Positions 38,974 through 50,545 of a DNA stretch of 64,000 nt are shown in pieces; positions within the stretch are counted from its first letter, which is position 1, and each line of letters opens with the position of its first letter. The DNA is from Bispira polyomma (taxonomy: Eukaryota): the NCBI GenBank assembly GCA_965649765.1, contig OZ287751.1, positions 5,332,001 to 5,396,000 on the forward strand. Reading direction: 5' to 3'. The translations under genes were made by a program, and so were the position numbers. The notes under the pieces were generated by a model, which searched no databases, was not told the origin of the DNA, and saw nothing but the letters and a program-made list of their open reading frames with translations.

Positions 38974-39520
38974 TTATTTATTTAACATCCACACAACATT
39001 TACCCCATGTTCACACAGGTATTGGACTCGCTCCTTTTCCATTTTCCTCCTCTTTGGATGATCTGGAATGCACCTGGCCCGCCACTCTACCACATTCTGT
39101 TGGGTCTTCCTCTTCCTCCAGTCACGTTGACGTGGCTTTGTTGAAGTTGCCTGAGGCTGCTATTCTATTGCAGCAGATGGAGGTGGTGGTGGTGGACGAG
39201 TAGCACTTTGAGGATGAGGGTACCGTGGGTAACTGTAATTGCTACCCCACTGACCTGGCCAAAAGGGCCAGTGTTGTGAAACTTCTGCTTGTTGAGATGG
39301 AATGCTTTTCCTGACAACACTGGATTTCTTCTGCCTTTTCTTAGGCTTAGGATTTTGCCCTTCCTTGTTTCCAGGCTCTTGGAATTGAAGCAGATGGGTG
39401 TGGGATATGGAAAAGGTAGGCCGTTTCCTGACACTTGGCAGTGGTTCACTTGCCAAGGTAACTTTTAAGCCTGTCTATAGTTTCCCACCCTGGATTGTCA
39501 TTTGCGTCACACTGGGTCTC
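38974..39520 (-). pseudogene. Decayed terminal exon of a transposon-like protein gene (possibly DUF6729-type family)
   Basis: Acceptor ttttag at 39521; ETQCDANDNPGWETIDRLKSYL, frameshift, Pro/Gln-rich tract, internal TAG at 39160, then KPRQRDWRKRK...KERVQYLCEHG; family assignment is from memory only. Confidence 0.4.
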
Positions 39521-40003
39521 CTAAAACATACTTAGTTCCCAGGTATTTATGATAACACAGAAAAAGATTACGATACATAGTTTATTAGTGACTAGATGTT
39601 AGAATACTAAGATTACTATATACAGTTTGAGGTGACCTTAGATCAGTTGAATGAGTTTTAGGTAACCAGAAAGTTCAAAGATAGGGCTACCATAACTTTC
39701 ATTCTTAAACTGAGTTTAAGATAACCATAACTCAAGGGGTAATTTGAAGATAAATAAGGTCACCCTAAGTTGAATTTGTAACTGAGTTTAAGAATGTTAG
39801 GTTTAGACTTAATGAGATTAGTTAAATGTGAATTAGTTTATAATTTATAGTTGAAAGTGATATGGAAGAGTACATTATAACCTTATTCCCCAATATACTG
39901 TGATTTATTTAATTTTATATTTGGATTTATAAGAATTTAAACATGTAAAACTTTTGTTTTGCAGGTGACAAGAGATGTCCCAGACTAACAAACACCAGAT
40001 ACA

Positions 40004-40935
40004 CTAGGGAGTATTTTGTAGGGCACAAGCAAATGAGTCAGCCACTTGAGTGCCGACCATAGCAGATTCAGTAATATACCGCCAGGCGCAGTCCGACGTC
40101 CAGGTGGAAACATTGTTATTAAATGTAAATGTGGCACCTGAACGTCGGAAAGCGTGCAAACTAAGGTTCAAATGGTGCAAATTCAATGTGTCTAGCAATT
40201 TTTTTAGATGGCGCCTGACTCTGCTATCCGTCATGGGGACCCTAGAACTACTCACCTTGTACTGGAATAATGGGGCATTCTGGCCAGAGGGGGACAGAGC
40301 TAGGGCCGTTATAATAGCAGCCACTGGGCACAGGTTAGACGAAGGTAAAGCTGGCAGTGACAGTAGTTTGACTGCATCATTAGTCTGTATAGTTTTATTC
40401 CAATTGACTAAAATGATCACATACCCAAGTTTAAAAAGAACGTCCCCTCTGGCCAAGTGCTTTAGTGGTGAAAAAGCCGCCATAGAATGGGGGCAGAGAT
40501 TAGACAGACGCAAAAAACTGAAAAAGCGAGTCAGATAGATTGCTTTGAAAATCTGGCCCATATAGGTTAGATTATATATCACTACTAGATTCAACATAAG
40601 TAGTATATCAATTGCACTCTTTAGTTTAACCTGGAGGGGTCTATTGACTAGTAGCGCCCTGGTAAAGTACGAGATTCTTGGATCTGAGAAAGAATCCACT
40701 CTAATGTGAAACAATGTACATTTTGCTTTAATGGCAGATAAATGATTGGCAATTTGAGAAGGAGACACACTGTTGAAGCTTAAGAATTCTAAGTAAGATG
40801 ACAACTAAATGACATTTATCTGAGACTCTGTCCAGTTCATGAAAATACTAAAGGCCAGGAATAACCTGAACATGCTGTTGTAAGCAAAATTGGTTAAAGA
40901 AGCCAGAGCAGTGTGCATCCTTTGATAAGCCATAC
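40004..40935 (-). pseudogene. Tyrosine recombinase of the DIRS/Ngaro element
   Basis: FLRLSNL, CPV, HAFRRSGAT, TWTSD...RY give R-H-R-Y catalytic residues; one stop near 40805; short deletion before TWTSD. Confidence 0.9.
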
Positions 40936-40958
40936 TGGTAAGGAAGGTTCCCAATGGA

Positions 40959-41195
40959 TTAGCACGTGAAATACGAAGGTAATTTATAAACTTGACCAGC
41001 GTATATCTCCCCCCCCCTCATCCTAGTGAGACATGCATCAAACTCTACCTGAGCGTCTATGGGCTTATGGGCAAAGAAACTGGTACCATTGAATTGTTGC
41101 ATGAAGGTTGTAAACCAGTAGAGGTCCCTTTTGAATTCAATTGTTACTGAAAACCATTTCTTCGTATGATTATCTCTTAGCAATTGTAACATTCT
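40959..41195 (-). pseudogene. DIRS/Ngaro pol 3' part (RT C-terminus/RNase H start)
   Basis: RMLQLLR...FKRDLYWF...FNGTSFF...FDACLT; frame joins 45731 after LINE removal. Confidence 0.8.
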
Positions 41196-41803
41196 AAATA
41201 TTAGATTTCTCGTTGACAAAGTGATATATCAAATCGGATTAGTATTAGTTTTAAATTTGTAATTAATTCATGTTTGGCCATCATGGACTGAATTTCCACT
41301 AATCCCTTCAGAAATGAAGCTATTCAGATACCAAGTTTAATATTCAATCTGGTTAAAATTTGTAGCTGATTAAATATTAGATTTCTCGTTGACAAAGTGA
41401 TATATCAAATCGGATTAGTATTAGTTTTAAATTTGTAATTAATTCATGTTAGGCCATCATGGACTGAATTTCCACTAATCGCTTCAGAAATGAAGCTTTT
41501 CAGATATGAACCTATCATTTTGGTGTTATATTAGCACTCCTGTGATGGATTAGTTAATGAATTATCCTATTATTTGGTTATGTATTTATCTGTGAACTTA
41601 ATTTATATAAAAACTGTAATTTGCTATACTGCAATTTATGGTGGCTCAGCTAAGTAAAATTTATTATTTGGTTATGTATTTATCTGTGAACTTAATTTAT
41701 AAAAAAACTGTAATTGGCTACACTGCAATTGATGGTGGCTCAGCTAAGTAAAATTTATGATTCATATAATTAAACTCAATTTTTCTAAATTAGTTAGTCC
41801 TGT

Positions 41804-41834
<31 letters not shown>

Positions 41835-44800
41835 TAAAATAAAATAAAAAATTAGTAACTCATGATAGATACTGATCAATGTTGTTACATAAACACTCCT
41901 GAGGGGATCAGTTAGTTAATGGGTAACTTAATTAAATATTTTTCTATTATTTTGTTATTTGTATATATTGATGAACTCTATTTACAAAGTATTGGATTTC
42001 CAAGAGCATTGATGGATATAAAATGCAAGAGTAGAAGTGATTCAGATCATTGTATTTTTGTGTATTTGCAAAGGTTAGTTGATGATTATAACTGTAGCAT
42101 TTCCATCTTCTTTAGAAGCTATCATCCACCATGATAGATTCAGTTTTTTTACAGGGCAGCAAAAGGACACGATGCACTAAAGTTTTGTGACAAATATTAT
42201 TTAATATTGTCACATATAAAAATTCATAGAAATGTCAATATTAAGTTTCTGTTATATACTATTGTTTATTTGATACTTAAGTGTGGTGATGTTCAACCAA
42301 ATCCTGGTCCCTCATCAGGTATTGGCTCTACATTTTTCAAAATGTGTCATGTAAATGTTAGAAGTTTATGCTCTAATAATTTCAGTAAGGTTGACATAAT
42401 AAGAACAAAATTATCCATACAGGAAGGATATGATATCATATGTGTTGGGGAAACTTAGTTGGATTCTTCAATATTGGACAGTGATATTAGGTTGGAGGGA
42501 TATTGTATATTTCGCAGGGACCGTAATAGGCATGGCGGAGAAGTAGCTATGTACATTTCAGATCACTTAGGTTTTCAACACGTAACCGACACTGACACTT
42601 TTGATACTGAAACATTAATCATAGAATTAGTAATAAATGGTAAAAAAGTCTTTGTTTTGTGCTGTTATAGGCCACCTGGCTTTTCTGCTGAGCAAGTTGA
42701 CGAATATTTAGTAAAATTCCAATCAATCTTAGACTCACTTTACATTAAAAAATATGATGCCATCCTCATATTTGGAGATTTTAATGATTGTTGTATTGAC
42801 TGGAATGACGAACATCCAGCAAGTGAACTGAAATCTAAATTTCGAAATCTGATTTCACATAACAATTTGATTCAGATTATAAGTGAACCAACACATGTTA
42901 CTCCCACATCAGCTTATCTGTTAGACCTAATAATTACTGATTCTCCAAGTTTGATAATGGACCAAGGTATCGACGAGCCAATTGGTGATCCTTATCATAG
43001 TATGGTATATTGTAATGTAACTTGTACCAATACTAAAGATAGAGCCTACACTAGAAATGTATGGCATTATGACAAGGGGAAGTATGAAAGTTTCAGGACT
43101 GAATTAGGATGTATGCCTTGGCATGTTATGGATAACTTTGAAATTAGTGAATGGGCTGAACTTTGGACTAATGAATTTTTAAGTATAGCAAAAAAAAAAT
43201 TCCGTTTAGACAGGTAAAAATTAAACCAAATGACAAATACTACATAACATCTGAGATCAAAAGGATGTTACAAAAAAAAATAGAATGTGGAAAATGTGGC
43301 ATAGAACAAAAAACTACAATTATTATGAACGCTTTAGTGTGTTAAGGAAGGAAGTGAAATTTACAATAAAAAATTCAAAACATTACTTTGATAATAAAAA
43401 CATAGAAAAATTGAATAGTCCCCATTGTTCAACTAAAGATTACTGGCATCTATTAAAGACAATTTATGGCAATAAGCATAAACCTAGTATACCAAGTATC
43501 ATAGATGGTGATAATATAATATCAGTGACAAAACAGAAAACGGACTTGTTTAATCAATATTTCCGTTTAAAAGCTCAACTTCCTGACAACAGTAACTTAC
43601 CACAGCTTCCCAAAATATTTGAAGTACCAAAGTACTGTTTATCTTCAATTAACACAAATGAAGAAGAGATAGAAAAGATTATTAGTTCTTTGAATGTAAA
43701 AAAAGCTAATGGTCCAGATAATATCAGTAATAAACTCTTAAAAGAAGCCTCCTCAAGTATATCCAGTTCCCTATGTTGTTTATTCAATTCTTCTCTGTCA
43801 AAGGGGACAGTACCTCAATGTTGGAAAATGGCTAATGTCACACCTGTATTCAAAGGAAAGGGTAGTAAGCAGGAAACAAAACATTATCGCCCTATCTCAT
43901 TGCTATCAAATGTAGGAAAATTAATGGAACGTATTGTGTTTAAACATGTGTATAAATACTGTTTTGAAAACAAAATTTTAACATGGAGAAATTCGGGTTA
44001 TAAACCGAATGACTCCACAGTTAATCAACTATTAGCTATTACCCATAAAATCTATCAGGCCTTAGAAAAGGGTGAAGATTATTGCTTTATATCATTAGAT
44101 GCAACCGCTGCATTTGACCGAGTATGGCATGCAGGGATGATTTATAAACTGCAAAAAATTGGTATTACTGGGCTCCTTTTAGAATGGTTTATTGATTATT
44201 TAAAGGATAGAAAACAGAGAGTGGTCATTGGAGGACAAAATTCTGAATATGTCAGTATAACAAGTGGAGTTCCACAAGGCTCTATACTGGGTCCATTGCT
44301 ATTTCTAATCTACTTTAATGATATGATAGATGACATAAAAACTGAGAGCTTTCTTTATGCAGATGACACCTCCCTGTGTGAAGCTATATCAGACAGTCAG
44401 AGTTGTTTTGAAAAGTTAAATCAGGATTTAAAAATAATAGAAAATTGGGGTAAGCATTGGCTTGTAAAGTTTAATCCCACTAAAACAAAATATATTATTT
44501 TTTCAAAAAGATTAAATCAGCCTCATTATCCAAATTTATATTTTGGAGATGAAACAATTCAGTGTGTAAATACCCTAACACATTTAGGGATAACATTTAA
44601 TTCAAAACTGACATGGAATAATCAAATAGAAAAGATCCTAGACCGAGCATACAAATCACTATCACAACTAAAAAGGGTTTCATTCCAGTTACCACGTTTA
44701 GCAAAAAGGCAAATTTATATAAGTTTTGTGCGTCCGATCCTAGAATATGGTGCAGAACTGTTTGACAACTGTACCGAAGAACAAAGTAAATTGTTGGAAA

Positions 44801-45730
44801 AGATTCAACGTGATTTTTGCTTAACAATAACTGGTGCATATAAAAAAACAAGTCATAATTCTCTGTTGTCTGAGTGTGGCTTTCAACCACTAAAACAAAG
44901 ACGTAAATTAAAAAAGCTTCACCTTATGTATAAGCTACAAAATGGCCTTGTGCCGGAATATCTCAGACAAATATGTCCCCCTGTTGTGTCTGTTACATCA
45001 AATTATAAATTAAGATATGGTAAGAAAATAAAGCCAATAAAAACTAAAAAGAATTACTTTCATACATCATTTCTTCCGTCCACTATAAGAGAATGGAACC
45101 TCCTTAATCCAAGTGTACAAGCTGCATTGTCAATAGAAACATTCAAATCAAAATTGAAAGCAAAACATAAATTTTTCAAAGTGTATCTATGGCACTACAG
45201 TAAAGCCGCTGTCCATCATAGTAGGATCAGAATGGGTTTGAGTGCTTTAAATCAACACAGAAAATTGTATAATGTCATTGATTCGGGGGTATGCTCTTAT
45301 TGTGGCGCAATTAAGGAGGATGCCAAACATTTCTTTTTGACATGTCCATCCTTTGCTGCTCTGAGGTTGGAAATGCTACAGAAAGTAAACATAGAAATAC
45401 CTGAAATGAAAATTAACTTTAATGCAAATAAACTACTTCAAATAATTATAAATGGCACCGGTAGTTTTGATGTAGATAAAAAATTATTTGAATGTGTGCA
45501 CTCATATATAGGAAATTCCAAAAGGTTCAGTTAATTGTAAATTGTATATCTGTATCATTGATAAATGTATGATGTATTGTAATAACGATGTTATGTGTAG
45601 CCTATATTTATTATTGTTATAATGCAGTTTGTAATTGATTTGTTAATTTTGGACAAGAGCCTCTAGTGGCCTCACGGCTGTGGGCAATTGTCATAAAATA
45701 AATAATGTTTAAATAAAAAAAACAAAAAAA
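41196..45730 (+). mobile_element. CR1-group APE-type LINE, near full length
   Basis: TSD AACATTCT at 41188-41195 and 45731-45738; A-rich tail; 3' hairpin GCCTCAC-GGCT-GTGGGC; APE + RT + CCHC finger. Confidence 0.92.
41919..45534 (+). pseudogene. LINE ORF2 polyprotein: leader, 2A-like motif, APE endonuclease, RT, C-terminal zinc finger (disrupted)
   Basis: HVNVRSL, VGET*L, RRDR, CYRPP, GDFN, LDLII; YRPISLL, AFDRVWH, GVPQGSILGPLLF, YADD; CSYC...EDAKHFFLTCP; stops at 42132/42135 and 42456; -1 shifts in A runs at 43190 and 43272; RT part open 43285-45534. Confidence 0.92.
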
Positions 45731-46640
45731 AACATTCTGTTTAGATATACGTGAGCATATCTTATACATTTAGATACATATAAGAGGGACCCAAGCAGCG
45801 ATTGTAGTTCAGTCTGGGTGTTTGTTTGCTTCCCCTCTCACATTTGACATAATGCTCTAATTTCCCCCATTTTCTCCAAAGAAATAGAAGTGGTAAAATC
45901 CACTGTATTTATTAGAATCCCTAGGCATATTACCTCAGTACTGGGGGAAACGAGTTTCTTGGGGTTAACCGTTAGACCCAGGTCAGCCAGGAGAGCCTGT
46001 AATCTGTCATAAATTTTGGTTATTTTACTAGGTAATGCCATACATAGGTAGTCGTCAATGTACGTGTGTACATGTAAGCCTTTCTGGGCCATTATATCTT
46101 TCACGGCATCAAAAATTCACTGAAAAATAGTTGATCCGTTTTGATAATCGAAGGGGAGGGATCTGTCCAGATAATAGGAGTCCCAGTTCAGACCTAATAA
46201 ATCTACATCTCCTGGATCAATAGGCACGTGCCTAAATGCACGGCTTATGTTAACCTTAAATATATGGTAGCCTCTGCCTAATTTGGAAACCTCACTAGTT
46301 AGATTGTCCAAAGATGGGTATGACAATAAGAAATCTGTACTTAGGTATATAGGGTAAAGCCCCAGAATTGACTGACTGCCCAACTGGCCAACTCAGATCG
46401 ACAATAACCCGCCTGTTACTGGAACTTGGTTCATTACGAGTCACCATGGGAGAGAAGTGCATATTTTCTATAGGTGAACTACTGAACGACCCTGAGATGG
46501 CGCCATGATTACATTTCTCACTCAAGTAGGTATCCACGTGGTCTGAAAATTCAATAGCCGACTTGTGATTACTGCCATCTAATTGGCCAATATTCTATCG
46601 ATTTACATTTAAAGGATAACCGTACTTGACCAGTAAGGAA
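45731..46640 (-). pseudogene. DIRS/Ngaro reverse transcriptase (5' part of pol)
   Basis: YGYPL...NHKSA, RRVIVDLSWP, KVNISRAFRHVPIDP, YYLDRSLPF, YIDD, CLGI, LQSLLGSL. Confidence 0.9.
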
Positions 46641-47099
46641 TTCTATCAGAATCTGTAAACCTTTAAAATTTTGCTCTTTTCTTAATATATGGTGCATTTG
46701 CACAATGTCGGAGCTGTAATTCGAGGCCTTACTGTCCCAAACCCTACACCCTAAGTCGGATAATAAAATGAAATCATACTCAACCTACTCAACGCCATTC
46801 CTAGTGAGTTGTGTTATTTCGCGCTTTACTTAGCAGTTCTTTTTTGTTGACATTAAGTTCCAAGGCATACTTATCATTATCCAGACTGTCGTCGGTACTG
46901 GAACTTTTGTTTGAACACTACTGGCCCGGCATTTATTGACATGCTTTTTGTTAATTTTAGTACCCACTGCATCAAAGCGAGTTCGGTCGCCACTCTCAGT
47001 ACCCATTTGCACTGTCCGATTCACATCATTACTGACCATAGTATGGGTTAAGTCCGGCAACACTAAAGCTTGAAACCTGTTGCATAACTTTAATTGATT

Positions 47100-48170
47100 T
47101 ACTCCATCAAACCCGCCATATAATCAAGCATGATTTCTTTAACTTCCTGAGATTTCTCATCTTGTATGACGCGAGTAAATACACAAACCCACTGACTGAG
47201 GAACAGGTCATCATAGCTAGGCCCGGTCTTAAAGTTACCTAACAACACGTGGTTTTGTGGCCATACGATCAGTTTAATGAGCCACTGCTTGACCTGAGTC
47301 TAAATGGCATTTGTTTGAAATCTACACTTGGGATAATACCCTCGACACTGTCTAAACTGGATTTTTGGAGCTAACCGGATCGCCACTGGCATTGGAATTA
47401 TTACTTGTATGCTTTTAAACCGAGTCTGTTGCCAAAGCTGCTTCCGTTACAAGCACCTGCTTATCTAGACGCCCCATCATTGCGCCTATGTTTTGCAGCT
47501 GGAGCAGAATCTTGCTCTACACTTCTGCTAAGCCATCAGGGGTGTCCGAATTTGTCACCTCTTCAAGATCCTCCTCGAAAATGGACTCCTCATGTATTAC
47601 TTTTACTACCGACCAGATTTTGTACTGAAAAAAAAAGAGAAAGCACATACACATTTCCACAAGCTGCAGATAAAATTTGTTAAACATCTGACAAGAATAA
47701 ATGTAATATTTTTCTTTGACTTGTGCAACAGGTCATCATAGCTAGGCCTGGTCTTAAAGTTACCCAACAACACGTGGTTTTGTGGCCATACGACCAGCCA
47801 TTTAACCAATACATCGACCCCACCTCCCCTCTGGGACTTGATCTTACCTTTCTTGGGGTTTTTGTTTATTTATTTCAGTTTAACGAGCCACTGCTTGACC
47901 TGAGTCTAAATGGCATTTGTTTGAAATCTACACTGGGGATAACGCCCTCGACACTGTCTGAACTAGATTTTTGGAGCTAACCGGATCGCCACTGGCATTG
48001 GAATTATTACTAGTATACTTTTGAACCGAGTCCGTTGCCAAAGCTGCTTCCGTTACAAGCACCTGTTTATCCAGACGCTCCACCGTTGTGCCTATGTTTT
48101 GCAGCTCGAGCAGAATCTTGCTCGACACTTCCACTAAGCCATCAGGGGTGTCCGAATTAGTCACCTATTC
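47100..48170 (-). pseudogene. DIRS/Ngaro gag-like ORF1 remnant, partly duplicated
   Basis: Coiled-coil-like ILLELQNIGTTVERLDKQV; KIKSQRGG...WPQNHVL...RPSYDDLFLSQWV; lies upstream of pol. Confidence 0.65.
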
Positions 48171-48330
48171 AAGATCCTCCTCGAAAATGGACTCCTCATG
48201 TATTACTTTTACTACCGACCAAATTTTGTACTGAAAAAAAGAGAAAGCACATACACATTTCCCCAAGCTGCAGATAAAATTCGTTAAACATCTGACAAGA
48301 ATAAATGTAATATTTTTCTTTGACTTGTGC
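47202..48330. repeat. Diverged tandem duplication 47202-47726 / 47727-48330
   Basis: Both copies start AACAGGTCATCATAGCTAGG and end GACTTGTGC; first copy lacks about 79 bp. Confidence 0.9.
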
Positions 48331-48569
48331 ACATTCATTTATCAGTACTTTAATTATACATAAGTAAAGTAAAATAATGCTTGTTCACTTGTTGTTTTAA
48401 AACATCTTTTACTTTCTGTAATAGGCAAACATTAACTAGACCTAGTGCATCGAAGAACCGATGCATATTTGTATCCACCAGAAAGACAAAGGTAGCAAGC
48501 ACCCTAGCTAGCAACCAAGATAGAAGCCTATGATAGGGCATTTATGCTAAAGCCTCAAATGGCATAAGT

Positions 48570-48890
48570 GGGTTTCACATTGCAAACCTGTGGGACCAAT
48601 AATAAGTGTGAGATAGGCACTTTAAAGTTTGCCTATCGATTTGACCTTGCACAAGGGATCCAACCACAGCAAAAAATTACCAGCCCATGATTTCCTATAG
48701 GTTGGTCTCTCATCCCAAACCTCTATGGCCAAACATAAGCGAGATATAGGCACTTTAAGTTTGACCAAGACTGACCTTGAACAAGGGGCCAAAGGTCAAA
48801 TTGGACCACATCTATAGATTCCCAGGCCATGATATCCTATAGGTTGGTTTCACATCTAAAACCTGTTTGACCAAACATAAGCAAGATACA
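48570..48890. repeat. About 2.4 copies of a diverged 130-145 bp monomer with TGACCTT/AAGGTCA motifs
   Basis: Recurrent GGTTTCACAT..AAACC, CATGAT.TCCTATAGGTTGGT, TAGGCACTTTAA, TGACCTTG.ACAAGGG. Confidence 0.7.
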
Positions 48891-49350
48891 GGCAAATGTG
48901 GGTAGCTGCACGAGTTTTATATATGTATGGTAAGGTGAACTTGCTTTGAATCTTGTTAACTATTAAATATAGAAGATAGTCAACATTACAAATGTTGAAT
49001 ACTTTGTTTGAATCTTGCATTCAAACTTAGGGTTAATTGCTCTGGATATCTGACTGGAAAAATTACCTTGGATATTCCTTAGTTGAATAACACCTTTGGT
49101 AAGTCATGTAAAGTAAAGAATCCGAACAAATCTTCTGTAATGTGTTGCGTCTGAAATCAGTCTTAAAAATGCAGAGAAATTCATTTCAGGATTGTTCATG
49201 AATTTTGTTATGACAAAACAGAACGTGTTCATATATTGTTGCAGCTAGATATGTGATTCATTTCTCTAGAACGAAAAAGGCATTGATGATATAGTGTGTA
49301 AAACGTTTACTATGCACCAACTGTTCGATCCTAGTCAAGATCTGTAATAC
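48891..49350 (+). repeat. Diverged relic of the tRNA-array spacer fused to the 3' end of tRNA-Val
   Basis: Colinear with array spacer ~463-877; ends GTTCGATCCTAGTCAAGATCTGTAATAC. Confidence 0.9.
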
Positions 49351-50437
49351 ATTCAAGTGTCAGTTCTTTTTAAAATGCTTAAATTATCAAAATAAATCTG
49401 AACTTTTACCATGGCAACCACAGCAGAAGTGTATATTTTTAAAACTTTGCATTTGGAAACACTTCAGACTGCCCTCATGAAGACAGTCCCACAAAAAGTG
49501 TGGACATTATACCTGATAGAAAATTGCACGAATTTCCAGAGAATTTTACAAAGAAATATTTGTTTTTACTTTTAACATGGTTTTAGCTCAATGATTTCAC
49601 AAAGGTTTAAATATTCCATTAAAAATGTAAGTGTCGCTATGCAACATCAAGTAGCTAAAATTGGGATCCAAGCTGCGCAGAGATGATGTCCACTTTTACA
49701 GCACAATATGCTGGGGGGGGGGGGGGGTAACATTATCAAAACGGGGCTCTTGTCACCCAAACCTCCCCCAATCACCCAATTCCCCCCATCTCTAAACAGT
49801 CTCTCACTAATATCACTTCGCTGGAGCGGAAAATACCCTTTGAAGGGGAGATAAATGATTTGCTGTGTTTATGTGGTTATTAGAGGGGTTAAAAGGCGCT
49901 GCCTAATGCCATTAGATCCAGAAGGTCAAACTGCGTCCAAAATCAGCTGAGTAACCAGTCCATGTAGGGATGAGATTATATAAACTCCTGCTTCTTAAGG
50001 AGGACCACATGTTTTTTTTAGTTCACAACTCTAATCTGGTTCTTACATTCCACCATTTGTAGAGATGTTTTCTTTATATATACTTCCTAAACGTAAATCA
50101 CGTCTTTCAATTGACATTTGCATCCATTGTCTGATTGAAAAGACATAACTAGACAAACCCCTTCCACTATTCCACACCCAACCTCATACAAATTATTTTA
50201 AATATGCCTAATATTTGCTGAAAAGTCCTTTTTTTTAGATTTCTATTATCCGAACCTGTTGGTAGAGCTAGATTTTGTTCAGATAATAGAAGGTTTATAT
50301 ATAATGAAAGAGGTATTTCTGTATAAAACAATAGGAAACCCCTAAATTTGGGCAAAGTCAAAATTAATTCATAAAATTTAACATTTGCATAATAGAAGTT
50401 AGGATATTAAAGGTTCTAATGTATTGAGTATCTAATA

Positions 50438-50545
50438 CAAGTATTTCAGACAGCCTCTCTGTGTACCCAATTTAGATAAAAACATACCCTCTAAGGCAAG
50501 TATTACAGACAGCCACTCTTTGTACCCAATTTAGATATAATCCCC
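50438..50545. repeat. 59-bp tandem duplication
   Basis: CAAGTATT.CAGACAGCC.CTCT.TGTACCCAATTTAGATA at 50438 and 50497. Confidence 0.8.

Larger units (their letters stand above)
40004..48540 (-). mobile_element. Degenerate DIRS-order (Ngaro-like) tyrosine-recombinase retrotransposon, interrupted by a LINE; termini not resolved
   Basis: Order gag-like, RT/RNase H, YR on the minus strand; no methyltransferase seen; many stops and frameshifts. Confidence 0.88.

Noticed and set aside
39540-39990. Ngaro split direct repeats or DIRS ITR/ICR
   Set aside because: Only short palindromes (TCTTAAACTGAGTTTAAGA, GGTGACCTTA/TAAGGTCACC); no convincing match to 48350-48560
40050-40538. 162-aa plus-strand ORF
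   Set aside because: Antisense shadow of the tyrosine recombinase
43575-44890. Minus-strand ORFs inside the LINE
   Set aside because: Antisense shadows of the RT ORF
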